Source of the DNA: Octopus sinensis | Lineage: Eukaryota | DNA: 64,000 nucleotides | Reading direction: 5' to 3' | NCBI RefSeq assembly: GCF_006345805.1 | Contig: NC_042998.1 | Location: 9,238,001 to 9,302,000 of the forward strand | Shown: piece by piece, positions 12,333 to 25,409 of the stretch | Layout of the letters: every line of letters starts with the position of its first letter | How positions within the stretch are numbered: the first letter of the stretch is position 1 | Program-made: the position numbers and the translations under genes | Notes under the pieces: generated by a model | Told to the model about the DNA's origin: nothing | The model's input: only the letters and a program-made list of their open reading frames with translations | The model's database searches: none

Positions 12333-12564
12333 ATATGGCGAGCTGGCAGACACATTAGCACGCCGGGCGAAATACTTAGCGGTATTTCGTCTGTCGTTAC
12401 GTTCTGAGTTCAAATTCCGCCGAGGTCAACTTTGCCTTTCATCCTTTCGGGGTCGATAAATAAAGTACCAGTTCCGCACTGGGGGCGATATAATCGACTC
12501 AATCCCTTCGTCTGTCCTTGTTTGTCCCCTCTGTGTTTAGCCCCTTGTGAGCAGTAAAGAAATA
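12333..12564 (+). mobile_element. SINE family B (~230 bp)
   Basis: ggcgagctggcag head, gagttcaaattcc B-box, gcctttcatcctttcggggtcgataaa core, 14-bp TSD tatatttgcaacta. Confidence 0.9.
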
Positions 12565-14341
12565 TATATTTGCAACTATAAAATGGGACAGCTTCAGGAT
12601 GGAACCCAACTCTAAACACAATATCCATTTGCATTTCATAATATAGTTTATACATAAGCCCTGAATATAGTTTTATATAATTTTTTGATAAATTTATTTA
12701 TACATAATACCATAAAAAAAAAAAAAGATATCAGTCTCCACCTACCATGTCATGTTTTAATTAAAAGATTACAGAGGGCAGTGAGCTGGCAGAATTGTTG
12801 GCATGCCAGACAAAATTCTTAGAGGTGCTTTGTCCATCTTTACATTTTGAGTTCAAATTCTGCCATGGACAACTGCCTTTCATCATTTTGAAGTGAATAA
12901 AACAAGTACCAGTTAAATACTGGTGTTGATTTCATCAACTAACCCCTCCCCGACAAATTTCTGGTTTTGTGCTGATAGTAGAAAAGATTAAAAGGTACAC
13001 ATACATTATTTGCATGGATTTACTATACTGATATTAGGTTTTAAGTAACATATAAAACAAAGCATTGAGCATGATTATAGGTAAATAAAATGAAAACTGA
13101 GAAAAGGTAAGCATTTTTATTGATAGAGTAATGTAGAAGTAATGATTGCCTCCCGATTGCTTCAAAAAACTTCCGAATTTTGGAGGTCTTCAGATTCTGA
13201 AATTTTAGATAAAGAATTTTTCAACTGTATTAAGATTAGAAGCATGTCAGAAGAGTGAAATGCTTATGTTTAAATAATAGATGTTAGAAAAGAAATTTTA
13301 GAAAAGTCGTTGATGTTGTTTGATTGGTTAAAGAAAAATGTGGAAGAAACAACTTGAGTCTCTTCTGTGTCAGAAATTGGAGTCAGTTTGCTTATCATCA
13401 TCATCATCATCCTGTGTTTTAAATCCGGGTTTTGTCCCCTTTAACGGGAGTGGCCAGATCTACCTCAATGCCATAGCAACCAAGGTAGCCAGATGAAGCC
13501 CACCCCAACTTTTGGGCTGGCTGGTGCCCATTCTCCTTTGCTATCATGAGGCTTTTTTTGGAGCTGGATTTTCTATGGGGAGCATGCCCTTGCTTACCTC
13601 CAACCTCAGTTTCTAGACATGAGTGGTCCCAAGACCAAACTAGCTCAGGAAGGCAGGGACGTTACTCCCTGACTCCCCTTTTGGAGCCCCCCCCTCCCCA
13701 CTACCTTATCATTTGTTTTAAATAGGAAATAATCATCTGCATGTATCTGCTGGAAAGACTGGACTAATTTGGAATAGCTGGAGAGATGTGGAAACAAATG
13801 ATAATTTGTGTTAGGAAAAGCTAAAACTGTGATAAGGAATGAAACTGAGAATATCAGATCAAGAACTATGAGAGGATACAGAGATATAATGAAGATGGAC
13901 ACTAAGAAATTGACTGAAAAATACTGGAAATTAATAAGAGCTGACCGATGATGAACTAGTAAAGGTTATATTCAATGTAAATTATGATACATATTTCTAA
14001 TGCTTTTCTACCACTTTTAGCTCCTTTTACAAACTAAAAGGATTTGAGATTAAAGTTACTAAAAATTAGTCTGAGCTAACAGTATTCCAACTTTAATGTA
14101 AGTTTGTCAATTTTTAAAGTTTCTCAGTATCTAGAGTCCATGTAAAAACTTTTGACCAACTCTTGTTACTCAGATGTTCCCTCTTCTAGAATTTCAATCT
14201 AGAATTTCTAACTACTAAATGATAACCGTTCAAAGGAACATCTGATAAAAAGAATATGAAATTCAACAGTGGGCAAATAGTTTAATAATTTTAGTGAATG
14301 TTAGCTTGTCTTTCATGTTGTGATTTTTTACAAGATGTATA

Positions 14342-14687
14342 TACTCTTTTACTCTTTTACTTGTTTCAGTCATTTGACTGCGGCCATGCTGGAGCACCGC
14401 CTTTAATCGAGCAACTCGACCCTGGGACTTATTCGTTTGTAAGCCCAGTACTTATTCTAGCGGTCTCTTTTGCCAAACCGCTAAGTAATGGGGACATAAA
14501 CACACCAGCATTTTACTAAGGGGACAAACACAAACACACAAACACACAAACACACACACGCATATATATACATATATATGACGGGCTTCTTTCAGTTTCC
14601 GTCTACCAAATCCACTCACAAGGCTTTGGTCGGCCCGAGGCTATAGTAGAAGACACTTGACCAAGGTCACACAGCCACTCCTGCGCC
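14342..14687 (-). mobile_element. SINE-A with internal deletions
   Basis: The B-box segment and part of the middle are missing. Confidence 0.85.
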
Positions 14688-15454
14688 TGTTTATATACAA
14701 TATCAGATATGTGAGCTTTGAGGAAAATACATCTTGGTTTTGATATGGGTTAAAAGATATTCTGGGTAGAAATATAATTTGGAAGAGAAGACAAAATCCA
14801 GAATTTATCACAAAAATTTAACTAAGTGAAGTTTATAGGACCTACGTAAAAGATTTATTTTATTATTTAGTAAGAGACAGGTTACATCCTACACTTTCTA
14901 CGTGCCTTTCCAGACAGATGAAGTTGATGCTATTGATGTTCATCTTGATGTCTGTGGGGAAAAATTTGTCAAAGAGGAACTTCTAGGGAATCGCAATTTT
15001 AGGGATAAGCAAATTGTTTAAGATAGATTTGTGAGACAGGATGCAAGGAATAATAAAAGAGAGAGGTTGAGCAATGAAATTACACCCTGTTGTAGTAATG
15101 GTAGAAGAGTCAGAGAAAGAACACAACAGAATGGTTGGCCAGATGGTCATTTTGGGATGCAATCTTGAATGTTTGGGTGGGGAGAAGCTGTACCATTCCA
15201 GGAGTATGTGAGTATTATTTTAATGTGACCTACACTTGGGGCTTGTCAAAAGTCAGTAGCTATTCAGGATTGAGGTAATTTATTGATTGGAAGACGAAAC
15301 CTAATTGTTGGGACATTAATTAGGCCATGTTATAAATGTATAACTGTTATGATAGGTCATGGCAAATTAAGGTGGGTGGCAGGGATATTATTTGTGAAGT
15401 TTGTAATGGTTTTAGTTTTTGTTGTTCATAAGAAAGGAGAGGATAAAGTTAGAT

Positions 15455-15857
15455 TACTCTTTTACTCTTTTACTTGTTTCAGTCATTTGACTGCGGCCAT
15501 GCTGGAGCACTGCCTTTAATCGAGCAACTCGACCCCGGGACTTATTCTTTTGTAAGCCCAGTACTTATTCTATCGGTCTCTTTTGCCGAACCGCTAAGTA
15601 ACGGGGACATAAACACACCAGCATCGGTTGTCAAGCAATGCTAGAAGGACAAACACAGACACACAAACATACACACGCATATATATATATACATATATAC
15701 GATGGGCTTCTTTCAGGTTCCGTCTACCAAATCCACTCACAAGGCTTTGGTCGGCCCGAGGCTATAGTAGAAGACACTTGCCCAAGGTGCCACACAGTGG
15801 GACTGAACCCGGAACCATGTGGTTGGTAAACAAGCTACTTACCACACAGCCACTCCT
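15455..15857 (-). mobile_element. SINE-A
   Basis: Reverse complement of the family consensus. Confidence 0.9.
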
Positions 15858-16614
15858 ATCTTTAAATAAATTTTCAGAAATGGCATTAGGAAAGGTAGTG
15901 GTATTAGGAAGGGCATCCAACTATAGAAACCATGCCAAAGCAACACTGAAGCTTGGTGCAGCCCTGTAGCTCAGAGGATCCTGTCAAACCATCCAACCTA
16001 TTACAGCATGGAAAACATGATGTAGATGATGATGATGATGATGATGATGGATATTGTTCATAAGTAGAGTAATTTCAGTACTATGGTTTTGCTTCCTGGT
16101 GACATCATCAAGTGCTAAAATTCTGGTTCAGTTTATAAGATTATTTTAATGGATTCCCTGTTTATAAAAGATTAGTAAAACTGAAAGAAAGGTCTAAAGT
16201 TATATGTTGCAGAGAATACATAACTGGAATAGAAAAAAAGGGGGGCAGAGGTATTTCTGAATTTTTGTGGATTTTGAGAAAGAGAGAGACAGACAGACAG
16301 ACAGAGAATGAGAGAGAGAGAGAGCTCTTTTAAGGCATGAATTGTGCTACCGTTTACTGTTAATATAGCAACTACTTAAATGTATCAGGATTTATTTCTT
16401 TGAACATCAAGTGTCCTTCACCAATGCCTTATTGAGAACTTCACATATCTTCAGAGTGCTTTTTTATTGGTTATTAACATTTTTTTTGGAATAACAGACT
16501 AAAGCAAACATGCTTCATATCATGTTACTTTCTTTTATGTCACAGGCCAAGGCCATTAAGTTGTTTTATATAAGCAAATTAGGTCAACGAAACTTTAGTG
16601 ATTAAAACAATTAC

Positions 16615-16882
16615 CTGTATATCATGATTCAAACTGTTGACAACATTTGTTATCATGGCAATATGTTCCTTAAGCATCAGTTTAGCTGGTTGCACTTTTG
16701 CACCAGAACCATCTCTTAATTCTTGGAGGATTTCTTCCTTAATTTTCAAAGCTTGATTAATCAGGACTTCTGACAATCGCTCTTGCTGCTGTAAGCGACC
16801 TTCAATTGTATCAAGTTGGGAAATTCCTTGATAATGCGAATAATGGGCTTGGCCAATAGGAGGTAGTTGTGGTGCATTCATT
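16615..16882 (-). CDS. FAM81A: Coding exon of a FAM81-family coiled-coil protein (FAM81A-like), carrying the probable start codon
   Basis: Minus strand: acceptor tttcttattcag|A, ATG at 16881, 89 open codons (MNAPQLPPIG...EGRLQQQERLSEVLINQALKIKEEILQEL...LMLKEHIAMITNVVNSLNHDIQ), donor CAG|gtaatt in phase 0. The peptide aligns by eye to my recollection of the human FAM81A N-terminus ([26 protein letters not shown]...[22 protein letters not shown]). I found no downstream exon in 1-16600. Confidence 0.8.
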
Positions 16883-17008
16883 CTGAATAAGAAACACATT
16901 TTAGGATAATTTGATATTCTGCAATGTACGGTCTTTTTGAAATTACTCAGCATTCTAAAAAGGAAAACAGCACTAAATGTCACTACATTCATTTGTTTTT
17001 ATTCAAAA

Positions 17009-17405
17009 CTAGCAGCATCGCCAGTCGTTGCTCGGGTTTGTAAGGGAAATAACTATATAAGCATTTTTAGAGAGTTATAGCCAAAAAAATAGCAAAAAAA
17101 TGCATTAAAAATGGAAAAAAATTATGGTAAATTTTTTTTTAAATCGTTGACTCATCGTAGACATTTTTAGAGAGTTACTTCCCTTATATGATATCGAAAA
17201 AATGCATTAAAATGGAAAAAAATTATGGTAAATTTTTTTTTAATCGTAGACTCATTGTAGACGCGAGCTAATACCCAGATGGGCTCGATATGAATCACGA
17301 CTATAAGATACCCGCTTTTGGTTAAACTGCACCGCAAAATGTGGGAGTAGTTAGGAATCTAAATTGTAGGAGAAAGACACACAACTTCTCTTTTATATAT
17401 AAAGA
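17009..17405 (-). mobile_element. Non-autonomous Helitron
   Basis: Minus strand reads A|TCTTTATATATAAAAG...cccgagcaacgactggcgatgctgCTAG|T, giving 5'-TC, 3'-CTAG, an AT target and no TSD. It also has an internal ~100-bp direct duplication. Confidence 0.75.
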
Positions 17406-17742
17406 TATCCAAGAGTTAGAAATAACCACAGACTGACTTTCACAGTATTGCATTTTACATGGCGTTCCTGAAATTGGTTTTCTTGCCTATTATTTCAAGC
17501 CATAATACTAGATGAAATTATATAGTATATATTCCAAGATGGTTGCAAACTCTTTGCAGTATAATTTATAGATAGTTCTTGTAGGATGGAATACATTCTT
17601 GATTTTTTCTTTTATATTGCTGTCCTGCTCTTTACACAAGAGATTATGTAAGTGTAAATGGTTTGGCAAGATTACCGAAAAGGACCAGAAAACAAGCTTT
17701 TATTTTTGTTTTATTTCAGGTCAACCTGATCAAATAAACTTA

Positions 17743-18150
17743 TGGCTGTGTGGTAAGTAGCTTGCTTACCAACCACATGGTTCTGGGTTCATTCCCACTG
17801 CGTGGCACTTTGGGCAAGTGTCTTCTACAATAGCCTCAGGCCGACCAAAGCCTTGTGAGTGGATTTGGTAGACGGAAACTGAAAGAAGCCTGTTGTATAT
17901 ATGTATATATATATATATGTATGTGTGTGTATATGTTTGTGTGTCTGTGTTTGTCCCCCCAACATCACTTGACAACTGATGCTGGTGTGTTTACGCCCCT
18001 GTCACTTAGCGGTTCGGCAAAAGAGACCGATAGAATAAGTACTGGGCTTACAAAGAATAAGTCCTGGGGTCGATTTGCTCGACTAAAGGCGGTGATCCAG
18101 CATGGCCGTAGTCAAATGACTGAAACAAGTAAAAGAGAGTAAAAGAGAGT
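17743..18150 (+). mobile_element. SINE-A
   Basis: Head through tail present. Confidence 0.9.
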
Positions 18151-18582
18151 ATATTCCAGCCATGCTCAACTCATATTCTCAGAAACTGTATCCAAGACAT
18201 AATACAACAACAAACATTTTATGATAATTTTTCCCTGCTAAAGCAAGGGACAGTCTTCTGAGCCCCATGATAATCCATTCCATTTTGCCTTATTCTCTTT
18301 GTTCCTCACTTTCTACTGTCTCTCATTTCTTCCATCATCTTCAGCTTTGTCTTCCTCTGCCTTTGATGTCCACCACTTCCCTTTACATTCATTTCCAGCA
18401 CTCCTCCCACCAAGTCACTTCCATCCTTCTTCAGCACACGACTCAACTATCTTATCCCATTTTTTTTACAAAGCATCTACCGTTGGTTCAATTCCCATCA
18501 TTCACTGCAAAAATTCATTTGTCTTTCTCCTTCTCAGTAAAACTCTGCTCATCCACCAAACCATTTTCATTTCTGATCTGTC

Positions 18583-18796
18583 GGCGAGCTGGCAGACTCG
18601 TTAGCACGCCGGGCGAAATGCATAGCCGTATTTCATCTGCCATTACGTTCTGAGTTCAAATTCCGCCGAGGTCGACTTTGCCTTTCATCCTTTCGGGGTC
18701 GATAAATTAAGTACCAGTTACGCCCTGGGGTCGATGTAATCGACATAATCCGTTTGTCCCCTCTGTGTTTAGCCCCTTGTGGGCAGTAATGAAATA
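18583..18796 (+). mobile_element. SINE-B
   Basis: 15-bp TSD catttctgatctgtc. Confidence 0.9.
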
Positions 18797-19079
18797 CATT
18801 TCTGATCTGTCAAGATTTTTCTGCTACTCTGCATCCGTTCCTTACTTTCAGGCATCAGAACACTTCTCGCACATGCAGCTTACATCTTTCCCTCCTGTCT
18901 CAGTGACACTGCATACAGGATTGAGCCTTAAATTCGGTTTGAGAGATTGGAGAATATCCACAGATAGATAATGTCAATACATTTAAAAGGTGACTGTCAA
19001 GCGAGGTCAGAGTATTTTTAAAGGAACAAATAGCATGATATAGCTACGTATCTGAGATACGAGTAGGTTGTCTTATGTT

Positions 19080-19319
19080 TACTCTTACTCTCTCTTTTAC
19101 TCTTTTTACTTGTTTCAGTCATTTGACTGTGGCCATGCTGGAGCACCGCCTTTAGCCAAGCAAATCGACCCCGGGACTTATTCGTTTGTAAGCCCAGTAC
19201 TTATTATATCGGTCTCTTTTGCAGACCCGCTAAGTGACAGGGACGTAAACACACCAGCATCGGTTGTCAAGCAATGCTAGGGGGACAAACACAGACACAC
19301 ATACACACACATACATACT

Positions 19320-19363
<44 letters not shown>

Positions 19364-19688
19364 CGTTTAAATATTTGTTGTGCAAGATTTTTTATGTGAA
19401 GTCGTGTGTTGAAACAGATATTGTTATATTTCGGAATGGTCATATTGCCAGTTTAGCCAATAAAAACACACACACTATATATTTGGTGTTATTTGTTTTT
19501 TACATTAATCTTAAGCTTATTTCGGCCAGAGTTCTTTCATCACACTCCTGTGACCACATCAGAAAGAACTCTGGCCGAAATAAGATTAAGATTAATGTAA
19601 AAAACAAATAACACTGAAGCAAAATAACACCAAATATATAGTGCATGTGTTTTTATTGGCTAAACTGGCAAAATGACCATTCCGAAAT

Positions 19689-19742
<54 letters not shown>

Positions 19743-19909
19743 TACACAACAGGCTTCTTTCAGTTTTCGTCTACCAAATCCACTCACAAGGCATTGGTCG
19801 GCCCGGGGCTATAGCAGAAGACACTTGCCCAAGATGCCATGCAGTGGGACTGAACCCGGAACCATGTGGTTGGTTAGCAAGCTACTTACCACACAGCCAC
19901 TCCTGCACC
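19080..19909 (-). mobile_element. SINE-A split by a PLE-like insert
   Basis: Both halves flank 19362-19695. Confidence 0.88.
19362..19695 (-). mobile_element. Penelope-like fragment with a ~120-bp inverted duplication, inserted in the (TA)n of a SINE-A
   Basis: Arms about 19421-19538 and 19562-19695; hammerhead-like CTGATGT...GAAA on the minus strand; (TA)n on both flanks. Confidence 0.6.
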
Positions 19910-20814
19910 TGTTTGTCGAAAGATAGATTGAAAGTCCCTTTTTATGAAAGACATGCATGTCAGTTAAGTGGTGCTGAAGTTGTGGAGAGTGTTCAGTGTA
20001 CTGTAATGTCTTTCTCGGGGTACATAGTAAGAACTTACATGAATATGTCATCAACACAGAGAATAAAAAGAGATAACCAGAATTCTAAGAAAACCCCTTA
20101 GTTGAAAATGTGAGGGCTGAGGAGAGAATTCTCAACTTCAACTACAATGGGTATTAAGATGGATAATTTCCCCATTTATCGAATATTCAAAACCCATAGC
20201 AACGAGGAATGTCTACAAAACAATAAACCAAAATAGTGATGGAAAGAGACAGAGATATGCTAACTTTAAATAAAATGCTTATAAACATTTTTTAATTCAT
20301 GAACACTTTTCATAAATCAAGATGTGACATTTCTCTATTATTTCCACTGTGCTACACCAGCTTTGTCCCCAAAACTCACTAACTCTATACATTAACTCCA
20401 ATTAATTCCATTCTGTTTTGTTGCTCATTTAGTTGTTCCAAACATTAAACTTCTCACTAAGCACTTTTCTTTCCCCAGACCTTTCTCAGCCAGTTCTTCT
20501 TCAACTCCCAATCAAACGCTCAGACTACTAAATACACGTTGCATTAACTATTTGTAAGTACTTGTCTTTAACTCTAAGAGAATAAAAAGGCTAACAGTAT
20601 AACCCAGCCTCAAATTAAATAATAATAAAAACACAATGATTACTACAGAGTAAGGGACCAGCAGTTAATGAGCTCATTTTGCAAGGTAGTTCCAATTGCT
20701 GGTTAGAGACAGTTCTCATTTATACTTGTAATACCGTTCTTGAAAGGTATGGACATCATCACAATATACTCAACTAGCACTATGACCCGGCAACGGCGGG
20801 TCATAGTGCTAGTG

Positions 20815-21033
20815 CAGTGCTTTTCAAACTTTTTGCAGGAGCGGAACCCCAAGGAAGCATTCCACTGGCTCGAGGAACCCCTGTGCAATAATTTAATAGT
20901 CTTATGCACACATATCTGCACAGGAGAATTAAAAATTACTGCCGATTTTAGCAGTTTTGTAACTTCTTGCGGAACCCCTGGACTGTACTGGCGGAACCCT
21001 AAGGTTCTGCGGAACCCTGGTTGAAAACCACTG
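20815..21033. mobile_element. hAT MITE, second copy, nested in a Helitron
   Basis: Same TIRs and body as 5396-5614; 8-bp TSD tgctagtg (20807-20814, 21034-21041). Confidence 0.9.
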
Positions 21034-21320
21034 TGCTAGTGTATGCATATACAGCTGTGTGCATGTGCACATACACGCGAGTACTGTCCAAATCTCCAAC
21101 CAATCACATACAGCTAGCTGGCATTCAATTGGCGTATCAAGTTTCGGGCATTTTGATTGGGTTTTGGATAGAAAATTCACAAAAAAGTCACTTCTATCGA
21201 TTTTTTAATGGCTTTGCGGGGTGACTGGGGAAATGTTTTGAATGACCATAGAAAGTGCGAGCCCTCTAGCTGAAAAATTGTGGAAGGACACGCACGCAGA
21301 CATTTTGCCGTTTATATATA

Positions 21321-21713
21321 CTCTTTTACTTGTTTCAGTCATTTGACTGCGGCCATGCTGGAGCACCGCCCTTAATCGATCAACTCGACCCCGGGACTTA
21401 TTCTTTTGTAAGCCCAGTACTTATTCTATTGGTCTCTTTTGCCGAACCGCTAAGTAACGGGGACATAAACACACCAGCATCGGTTGTCAAGCAATGCTAG
21501 GGGGACACACAAACACACACATGCATAGATATATATATATACATATATACGACGGGCTTCTTTTCAGTTTCCATCTACCAAATCCACTCACAAGGCTTTG
21601 GTCGGCCCGAGGCTATAGTAGAAGACACTTGCCCAAGGTGCCATGCAGTGGGACTGTACCTGGAACCATGTGGTTGGTAAACAAGCTACTTACCACACAG
21701 CCACTCCTGCGCC
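21321..21713 (-). mobile_element. SINE-A inside the Helitron TA run
   Basis: tatatata on both sides. Confidence 0.9.
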
Positions 21714-22685
21714 TATATATATATAGATTTTATGCTTCTATAAAATTATGGCTTTAAAACTATATAATAATACATTAAAAAGAATATATAGACACAGCAG
21801 CATGTATAGTCGTACTCACACTTCTGTTAGCAACAATCAATTAGCTGGTAGCTCGTTAATGAAACACTGCTAAAGGCAAACAGTTACAAGAGTCACTTGA
21901 GTTAGTTTTCAGTTGTTGATTTCCCACTACATTACAGTCTAATTTATTACTTATAGAAATATCACTATTTCATGTACCTAATTATTAAAAGCAAACTCAA
22001 ATACACATATAAATCTAATCAATCGTTTAAATATTTACATAAACGTTAGATATTAGCAAAGTTATATTCATGCATATACACAATGTAATTAAATCACACA
22101 TAAACATTTATGGATATCCAGACACATTCACACACCATAAAATAAGTATTAACAGTCTTTTTTTTCTCTAGAGGTATGAAGTCACAAATTTATTCAGGAA
22201 AGAAAACAACCTTCATAACATCATGTCTTTTCTAAGGGCATTAGTAACGTAATTGAAGTAGGGTCCAACTGAAAATTAAAACTAGATCCCTTGCATTTGA
22301 AAAAAAATTCAGCAAAAGCAGAGTAGTTTGCTTGCAGTATCAGAAAAGCTTTTGACAATGTCTGAGATAAGAATATCCAGACAAACCTCTCATGAACAGC
22401 TCCAACCAGTCCTTCTATTACAGCAAAAGTTGAAATACAGCTCGTTCCATTTTAATACCTTGAGTGTACTGACATTGACTCGTCACTTCTCTGATCTTTT
22501 CCCATCCTATATAAACTGCTTTTTCCTCATCACTTCCAACAACATTTACTCTTATGCAGTGGTATAACTAGGGTTTGTGTAGTATGGGAAGGAAGGGAAC
22601 AGTCTTTTAAAGTTCTGCCCCCTCCACTGAAAAACAAAACAAAATACAAATAAAAAGTATTTCCCCCAAAAGATGTTACCCAGGG

Positions 22686-22944
22686 TGGACTGCCTGCTAG
22701 TTTTCCTGTAGCTATGGCTAGGCTCATGGGCCCGGTTTCCCGGTTTCAATGGGATGTGTTCCCCAGCTGGATTGGATGCCAGTCTATCGCAGCGTTACTC
22801 ATTTTTGCCAGCTGAGTGGACTGGAGCAACGTGAAATGAAGTGTTTTGCTCAAGAGCACAACGTGTCACCCGGTCCAGGAATTGAAACCACAATCTTACG
22901 ATCATGATGCTGATACCCTAACCACTAAGCCACGTGCCTCCACA
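22686..22944 (-). mobile_element. SINE family E (tRNA-derived)
   Basis: Minus-strand head tggcttagtggttagg...ggtttcaattcc, then ttgagcaaaacacttc...gctccagtccactcagctggcaaaaatgag. Confidence 0.75.
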
Positions 22945-22963
22945 GCTATGCTAATACTCCTAT

Positions 22964-23197
22964 CTATTTCTTTACTACCCACAAGGAACTAAACACAGAG
23001 GGGACAAACAAGGTCAGACAAACGGATTAAGTCGATTACATTTACCCCAGTGCGTAACTGGTACTTAATTTATCGACCCCGAAAGGATAAAAGGCAAAGT
23101 CGACCTCAGCGGAATTTGAACTCAGAACGTAACGGGAGACGAAATACGGCTACGCATTTCGCCCAGCGTGCTAACGTTTCTGCCAGCTCACCGCCTT
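22964..23197 (-). mobile_element. SINE-B
   Basis: 20-bp TSD agctatgctaatac(t/c)cctat (19/20). Confidence 0.9.
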
Positions 23198-23219
23198 AGC
23201 TATGCTAATACCCCTATGT

Positions 23220-23873
23220 TAATCCTTTCTTCAATAAGCACAAAACTGAAATTTTGGGTGAGGAGGCTAATCGATTATATCCACCCCAACATACAGCTGT
23301 TGCTTATTTCATTGATCCTGAAAGGATGAAGGGCAAAGTTGACCATGACAGAACTTGAACTCAGAATGTAAAGACGGATGAAATGCTGCAAAGCATTTTG
23401 TCCAGTAGGCTAACAACTCTGCCAACTCACCATCTTAATGCTCCTATATGAATGGTATCATCTTGTGTTCGAATTCCACTGTGATCAACTTCACCTTTCA
23501 TCCTTTCGGGGACAATAAAATAAGTATCAATTGAGCACTGAGGTCAATTTAATTGACTAATCTCTTCCCCACAAAATTCCAGGCCTTGTGCCTTTTGACG
23601 ATAGGTTCATTCATGAGCTAATGAGTAAGTCTTGATACAGGAAATCACTCTTATTTCTTTATTGCCCACAAGGGGCTAAACATAGAGAGGACAAACAAGG
23701 ACAGACAAACGGATTAAGTCGATTACATTGACCCCAGTGCATAACTGGTACTTAATTTATCGACCCCAAAAGGATGAAAGGCAAAGTCGACCTCGGCGGA
23801 ATTTGAACTCAGAACGTAACGGCAAACGAAATACTGCTAAGCATTTCACTTAACGTGCTAACGACTCTGCCAG
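23220..23873. mobile_element. Cluster of SINE-B copies (two old, one young at 23652-23873 minus)
   Basis: Repeated gaaaggatgaa.ggcaaagt / tttcatcctttc cores. Confidence 0.8.
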
Positions 23874-25409
23874 GAAATCAATCATCATCATCATCATCGT
23901 TTAACGTCCGTTTTCTGCGCTAGCACGGGTTGGACGGTTTGACCGGGGTCTGGGAAGCCAGGGGCTGCTCCAGGCTCCAGTCTGATCTGGCAGAGTTTCT
24001 ACGGCTGGATGCCCTTCCTAACGCCAACCACTCCGCGAGTGGAGTGGGTGCTTTTTACGTGCCACCTGCACTGGTGCCAGGGTGGGTCTGGCATCGATCT
24101 TGATCGGTTCGAGCTTTTAACGTGCCAGCGGCACGGAAGCCAGCCAAGGCGGCGCTGGCATCGGTCACGTTCGGATGGTGCTTTTTGGGGGTGCAGGTAA
24201 TATAGGGAAGCACAGTGGGGAGGGTTGGGGTGAGGAACGATGACAGCTAGGGTTGATGCGTTCGTAGGAAATAAAACGTAGGACTTCACGAGTGGGGGAG
24301 GGGACTGGAAGGAGATAGCCGGTTGAGGCAGTGACAGATTCAAAAACAGGAGGAAAACGTAGGATAGATGGGGGGGGGGGGTGATGAGCTGCGGTGCTAG
24401 CTGCTTGTCTTGGTGGTGGTGGAGGGGTAACACACAGTGAAAGCATGTGAGGAGGAGGGGTAGGAGGGAGAGACACACATAATGGTGGTGAGGGAGGGCA
24501 TATAATCTGCTATGAAAATTTCCTTCAAATCAACTCCTACTATTAGGTAAAAAAAAATTATAATAAAGGAGATATTGGATTGTGTAGTCCTGAATATGTT
24601 ATGCAGGAGAAAAAAATGGTGAGATAGTCATGAATGTCCTACCTCTGATCATATATTTGCTAGGTCAGGGCAGATGAAGTACTAACAACAAAAATAACAA
24701 CAGGTTGCCCACACATCTTTTATTTTTTAATCTTGTTTCAATCATCAGACTGTGGCCATACTGCAGCACTGCCTTGAAGAATTTTAGTCAATTGAATCGA
24801 CCACAATACATTCTTTTTTTAAAGCCTAGTACTTATTCTATTGAACTCTTTCACTGAACTGCAAAGTTATGGGGATGTAAACACACCAACACTGGTCGTG
24901 AAGTAGTGGTGGGGGACAACGTAGACACATATGCACACATGCACACACACAACAGGGTTCTTTCAGTTTTTGTCCACCAAATCCACTCACAAGGCTTTGG
25001 TCAACCCTAGGCTATAGTAGAAGATACTTGCCCAAAGTGCCACGCAGTGGGACTGAACCAGGAACCATGTAGTTAGGAAGCAAATTCCTTACCACATAGT
25101 CATGCCTTTGCCCATATATAATAAAGAACTGACATTGAGTTGCTTAGTTTATATGTGGTTATAAGCACATGATCCATGAACAGAGACCAACAAAACATAA
25201 AAGTAAATAAAAATTATGAAATTTTTTCTTTTGTTGCAGTTGAAGTTTGCAAATATAAAAAACTGCAGTCATTATTTGCATCATGAAGTGAGAATAGGCT
25301 TCCACATATTTCTTCTAATATGTACTAAAGTAATTTTATACAAATAAATTTTCACATTATTGGGTGCTCTGTTAGTATGCGTAATGCTCAATAGGATATT
25401 GGTATCTAT

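Larger units (their letters stand above)
20774..21727 (-). mobile_element. Non-autonomous Helitron containing a hAT MITE and a SINE-A
   Basis: 3' end is a GC-rich hairpin plus CTAG|T at 20773-20813. The 5' end A|TCTATATA...aaacggcaaaatgtctgcg is split by SINE-A in its TA run. Confidence 0.65.
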
